The translations under genes were made by a program, and so were the position numbers. Positions 59,683 through 64,000 of a stretch of 64,000 nt of DNA are shown one piece after another; the stretch's first letter is position 1; each line of letters starts with the position of its first letter. This DNA is from a virus. Location of the stretch: the IMG/VR virus record IMGVR_UViG_3300009441_000008, positions 5,005 through 69,004 of that record; one strand, 5' to 3'. The notes below the pieces were generated by a model, which ran no database searches, was not told the origin of the DNA, and saw only the letters and a list, made by a program, of their open reading frames with translations.

Positions 59683-61804
59683 TGTCTTTGTTTTTTATGT
59701 CGTTAATTTTATCCTGATCTTTTTTAATTGATCTTTCTTTTCTTGCAATTCTTTTGGCATCTTTACTATCCGGTTTCCAAACATATTTACTACCATCTAA
59801 AGTTTCACGTTTCTTACGAAGTACTTTAAATCCTTTAGACGCCATGTAAAGGTTAATCGTCTTAAGTTGGTTATCAGTTAATTCATCATCTATTCTAAGA
59901 ACGTATCTACCAGCACTATACTTTAAGTCATTTGCAATGATACTATCAATTCTTCGACCATCAATTGTTTTTTGAATATTAGCGGCCATCACCACAGGGT
60001 CTATTTTAGCAATTACTGCGTCAGTGTCATAAATCTTTAAAGGAGCAAGTCCTTTAGGTTCTAACTTAGTGATTGGTTCAATTTTCTTTCTTGGTTCTGT
60101 AGACTTTGTTTTTTCATCCTTCTTCTCACATGCAACCATTATTTTATCATAAACTGATTTAGTTATGTCACTTTTCTCTTTTCCTTGATATAGGTTCCAT
60201 AATGCATTAGACGTTTTAGGTCCATAATAACCATCCACTTTTAATTCTGCGGGTAAACACTTCTGTATAGTTTTAATTTTATTACTAATACATCCATACT
60301 TAAATGGAAGGTCTTTACATTGTACGTACTTTACCTTACCAACAACAGGTGTGGTTTTACCACTTCCCCATTTAATAGTAATATGGGAAATTCCTGTTGA
60401 TGTGTTACCATCACCTTTTACATCAGAATCACCTTTCTTGTCAGAATCACCTGATTGGTTACCACCACTTGATTTTCCTGATGATAAACCAAGAAGACTA
60501 AGTAATTCCTTTTTTTGTTCTAACCCATTAAAATCTAAGTTTGTGAGACTATTAATGTCATCTATAACCGAATTACCGTGAAGTATAGGGTAGTTGTGTA
60601 TTATTGTTTTTATTGCTGTTTTACCCTTGTATGTTTTACCTACAACACCTTTAACGATGTTAAGTGCGTCTACCATATCAGTACTATCACCATCAAATAA
60701 ATCACCACTTAGGTTATCATTTAGGTCTTCAATAACAATACTCAATTCTTTCGATGTAATTTCACTTCCTGTTGATTGTTCCTGAATATCAAGACCTGAT
60801 GTGTTACATGACCAAGTACCTTTTTTAGAACCATCTCCTGTTTCAACAGAACCATCAACTCTAAAGATTAAACCACCTTGATCGTCGTATGAACTACCTT
60901 TTATATAATAAAGTACTGGATTACCTTTATCATCACTTTCAATTTTTACACCCTCGTCATCCCCTAAAGGAATTAAAATACATTTAAGAAAATCTACTTC
61001 AGGTTCAAAATCATCATTGTCCCATTTTGTAAGGTCCCCTAAACCCATCCATTCTTTCCAGTTCCAAGCGAGATATCCACCAAGACCCAATATAATTAAC
61101 CACTTTAGTGTCCACACCTTTACGACTCCCTTTACTGATGTTCTTACCATCCATTTAAGTAAACGTACGGTTCTCGATGATTTAGGTAGATTACCAAGGT
61201 TCTTCGCCGCGTTTTTATTCCCCTTAAGATATGATACTGTATCGTTATATACTTTACGAAGTCCACCTTTAGCCGCTTCAACACCAGTCTTAGTACCTGT
61301 TTTAGATACCCCTTTAAGTGCGTCTTGAAATTTCTTACTGTTTTTCGAAGCCTTGAGTATCTCAGTTGCTGCGATATCACTATAACCACTTTTCTTTAAT
61401 CCCGCTTGGGTCAGTTTCTTACCTTCCGTTGCATATCTTTTAATAAAATTTGGCATGGTGACAAAATCAGGGGCTAATTTCATGATTTGAGTGCTACTAA
61501 CATCTTTGGTTTTCATCACTCCAACAGCAAAATCACCTAATGCAGTAGGTTTTAAACTATTTTTACCTAACGCATAGATCACATCATCTGCCGTCTTCAT
61601 CCCAGTTATTCCTTTTGCGTTAAAAACTTTCACAACATCATCGGAAAGAGTAACGAGTCTTAGTTTTCCACTATTTTTAAGTCCTGCAATGGTTAGATCA
61701 TTGACCCCACCCAACAGTTTAAAGAATAATCCTTTTACGGCGGCGTTTTCACCTATTTCACTGGAAATGTTCGAAGATTCTCGTATAATATTAATTAACT
61801 TCAT
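59675..61804 (-). CDS. Large protein with TM segment and peptidoglycan-binding domain
   Basis: WLIILGLGGYLAW TM; IKTIQKCL...LKVDGYYGPKT..AL. Confidence 0.65.
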   Translation of the reverse strand: MKLINIIRESSNISSEIGENAAVKGLFFKLLGGVNDLTIAGLKNSGKLRLVTLSDDVVKVFNAKGITGMKTADDVIYALGKNSLKPTALGDFAVGVMKTKDVSSTQIMKLAPDFVTMPNFIKRYATEGKKLTQAGLKKSGYSDIAATEILKASKNSKKFQDALKGVSKTGTKTGVEAAKGGLRKVYNDTVSYLKGNKNAAKNLGNLPKSSRTVRLLKWMVRTSVKGVVKVWTLKWLIILGLGGYLAWNWKEWMGLGDLTKWDNDDFEPEVDFLKCILIPLGDDEGVKIESDDKGNPVLYYIKGSSYDDQGGLIFRVDGSVETGDGSKKGTWSCNTSGLDIQEQSTGSEITSKELSIVIEDLNDNLSGDLFDGDSTDMVDALNIVKGVVGKTYKGKTAIKTIIHNYPILHGNSVIDDINSLTNLDFNGLEQKKELLSLLGLSSGKSSGGNQSGDSDKKGDSDVKGDGNTSTGISHITIKWGSGKTTPVVGKVKYVQCKDLPFKYGCISNKIKTIQKCLPAELKVDGYYGPKTSNALWNLYQGKEKSDITKSVYDKIMVACEKKDEKTKSTEPRKKIEPITKLEPKGLAPLKIYDTDAVIAKIDPVVMAANIQKTIDGRRIDSIIANDLKYSAGRYVLRIDDELTDNQLKTINLYMASKGFKVLRKKRETLDGSKYVWKPDSKDAKRIARKERSIKKDQDKINDIKNKDNE

Positions 61805-61834
61805 ATGTGTTTTTTTTATAAATAGTTATTTTTT

Positions 61835-63109
61835 TTAAATGTCGTCATAATCCACAATTGCACCAGATAAGTCAATGTCGGGGATATCGTTCGTTCCTCC
61901 ACCTTTACTACGTCCATATGCGTCAATACCATAGGATAATCCCCCGACGACCGCAGCCGCTTTGGCACCTGTCTTAACAGCATCCATACCTGTTCTTGTT
62001 GGTAAACCACCAGATACTTTTTTAAAATTTTTAGCTGAATTAAGGTTGGAGTTTCTAATTAATTTACCACAATATGTTTGTAGTTTTTTAATTACGTTAC
62101 CTAACCCACCAAGAATACTACCGATCCACTTAAATCCTGCTGGCCACTTACCTTTAATGTGATTCGCCACACTCTTTAATTTACCAGCGGCACTCTTAGA
62201 TGCTTTAAGAATTTTTTGGATTAGTGCCTTTAGTTTAGGACTTTTAGCAACTTTCGATGCTAACCTGACACCTTTTAAACCTTGTAATGGTCTGAATATT
62301 GCTTTTGCACCTTTCGCAGCAACTGCCGCGAATACTAAACCAAGCATATCAAACCCTAAATCTAAGTATTTCCACATTTGATCTCTATCATCACCATCAG
62401 GCCAATCATTATTAACAATTTGGTATACGTCTAATGCGGTGATTAAACCCCACGCAACCATTTGAGCTCCCTTACCAACTTGTATGGCAACTAAAATAGC
62501 ATCTACTATCATACCTAATGTACTGTACGCTGCGTCTTTTAATTTCCTCAGTATAAATAAAACACCTCTACCAAGTAAACTCAATATCTCACTCCAATCT
62601 CCTTTAGAAATTGCAACACCCATCTTTTTAAGACCATCCCACGAATCAGTTGCGAATTTAGCAATTGATTTACCACTATCAACGACAGTGTCTTTTGCCC
62701 AATTACCAAAGTCAGCAAGACCATCACCAACACTACCCCAAAAACCTTCAATTAAAACGTCTCGAATTGCATATAGATCTGATTTATTCTCCATTAATGG
62801 AAGTTTTGCAACTCCTTCTTGTATCTCTTTATATTCCGTATTATCAATTTGGACATTACCGAATATAGTTTTAAAAGTATCTATAGAATCCCATAAGTAA
62901 CCCAATGCCTTCTGTTCTACAATATCAAATACATCATCATGCATTACAAAATATCTTTCATCTACCGATAAATGACATTCGAATAAATAAGATGGTCTTT
63001 GTTTAGGTAGTTCTCTTTCTGTCACCATCTGTAGAGATGGGTTCATGTAACCACTATAACCAATAAGTTGGTTATGTCTTTCTAAAATTAATCCTTTGTG
63101 ATTTACCAT
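61835..63109 (-). CDS. Protein with hydrophobic/amphipathic helices, possibly membrane-inserting
   Basis: LGMIVDAILVAI and MLGLVFAAVAAKGAK segments; Gly/Ala/Lys-rich C-half. Confidence 0.6.
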   Translation of the reverse strand: MVNHKGLILERHNQLIGYSGYMNPSLQMVTERELPKQRPSYLFECHLSVDERYFVMHDDVFDIVEQKALGYLWDSIDTFKTIFGNVQIDNTEYKEIQEGVAKLPLMENKSDLYAIRDVLIEGFWGSVGDGLADFGNWAKDTVVDSGKSIAKFATDSWDGLKKMGVAISKGDWSEILSLLGRGVLFILRKLKDAAYSTLGMIVDAILVAIQVGKGAQMVAWGLITALDVYQIVNNDWPDGDDRDQMWKYLDLGFDMLGLVFAAVAAKGAKAIFRPLQGLKGVRLASKVAKSPKLKALIQKILKASKSAAGKLKSVANHIKGKWPAGFKWIGSILGGLGNVIKKLQTYCGKLIRNSNLNSAKNFKKVSGGLPTRTGMDAVKTGAKAAAVVGGLSYGIDAYGRSKGGGTNDIPDIDLSGAIVDYDDI

Positions 63110-63342
63110 ATTGGGTTTGCTTTTCCTCTTGTTGTTGATTGTCCGACTGTGTCAGACCACTTAGTCACTGCAAGTTGATTAGCAGGACCTCTCTCAATAC
63201 CTGTTTCCCACTTCTTTGAACCTGCTGTTGTTCCAGCACCAGCATCACCAGTACCAGTCTCAGTTCCATCTTCCTGTTCACCCATCTCACGTTCGTTTGA
63301 TAGTATGTTTTCAAGTTGTTTTTCAGACACCATTATTCTCAT
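63103..63342 (-). CDS. Small hypothetical protein
   Basis: Late motif 4 nt upstream; two W....RG.AN repeats. Confidence 0.55.
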   Translation of the reverse strand: MRIMVSEKQLENILSNEREMGEQEDGTETGTGDAGAGTTAGSKKWETGIERGPANQLAVTKWSDTVGQSTTRGKANPIW

Positions 63343-63377
63343 AGTATATAAATACTTAAAAAATCATTTGAAATTAG

Positions 63378-63407
63378 TTGTGATATCAAAAAAAATATAT
63401 ATATTTG
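63378..63407 (+). promoter_or_regulatory. Bacteroidota sigma-A-type promoter
   Basis: TTG-N19-TATATTTG. Confidence 0.6.
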
Positions 63408-63411
63408 TAGA

Positions 63412-63621
63412 ATGAAAGTAAATAGATTGACACTTTTAATATTATTAACCTTGTTTTTATCCTCATGTGCGTGTTATCACTGTCCAAGAGTATATAAGAA
63501 TAGAGTTGGGGTACCCACATCTGTTGATGTACCTCTTAATAAGAATACAAAACAAAATAAGTATGGACCTAAGAAACCATACTATGGAAAAATAGAAACC
63601 CGTAAAAACAAAAAAAGATGA
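63412..63621 (+). CDS. Small basic lipoprotein
   Basis: Signal peptide with LSSC lipobox. Confidence 0.55.
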   Translation: MKVNRLTLLILLTLFLSSCACYHCPRVYKNRVGVPTSVDVPLNKNTKQNKYGPKKPYYGKIETRKNKKR

Positions 63622-64000
63622 AAAAAGTATTTTATTTAGTATTTTTTCTAATATTCGGATTATTCGGATGTGAGAAGTATGAAGAGATGAGTAATCCACA
63701 ACTCAACCTAAATGGTAGGTGGAGTGTGGTTGATATTGACGTTGTAATAACGGAAGTGAATTATGAAAGTGAGGTTACCGTCTTAGATGAATCCAAAGCC
63801 ACAGTAAGTAACTTCTATGTTGATTCGGTTGATAGTGATGGTAATCTAATTTTAAGTCAAGATTACGATAGTGTTATTATAAATCGTAGGTTTGATGAAT
63901 CATCAACCGAGTGGGAATTTGACTATTATAATTTATTGATTACTGATGGTATTGGTAGTGAAAGTATGATGATAAACTTTCCTTGTACTTACTGCACCGA
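63618..64000 (+). CDS. Lipoprotein, lipocalin-like (partial, runs off the window)
   Basis: MKKVFYLVFFLIFGLFG-CEKYEEMSNPQLNLNGRWSVV: lipobox plus L.G.W.V motif. Confidence 0.6.
   Translation, partial: MKKVFYLVFFLIFGLFGCEKYEEMSNPQLNLNGRWSVVDIDVVITEVNYESEVTVLDESKATVSNFYVDSVDSDGNLILSQDYDSVIINRRFDESSTEWEFDYYNLLITDGIGSESMMINFPCTYCT

Noticed and set aside
1-64000. Stop-codon reassignment
   Set aside because: Core genes are full length in the standard code; TAA, TAG and TGA all end genes; no suppressor tRNA

Overview
64 kb AT-rich fragment of a large T4-like (myovirus) phage genome, most likely infecting a Bacteroidota host. Host evidence: TTG-N19/20-TAnnTTTG promoters, no Shine-Dalgarno sites seen at the starts inspected, a Bacteroidota-type bS21 and a DUF4494-like gene. 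It carries tail tube (partial), sheath and neck genes, a SNF2-type helicase, a family B DNA polymerase, a Pro/Thr-rich fibre next to a trypsin-like protease, a glycosyltransferase/nucleotide-metabolism cluster, a late sigma-like factor and baseplate genes. The head module (MCP, scaffold, protease, portal, TerL) contains bS21. The window also has an NTase, a KTSC protein, Hsp20, ClpC, lysis genes, two tRNAs and a tmRNA. Most unusual signals: (1) two ORF-less transcription units 4.2 kb apart whose predicted small RNAs are colinearly complementary, one carrying an extended SD-like sequence; (2) a putative late promoter TATTTATn exactly 3 nt before many ATGs, suggesting leaderless mRNAs; (3) a tmRNA with a long non-canonical tag near a phage ClpC; (4) a scaffold-like tail peptide on cargo proteins, including a stand-alone WYL domain; (5) a pseudoknotted RNA between the tRNAs. 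All calls come from reading motifs by eye; no searches were run.
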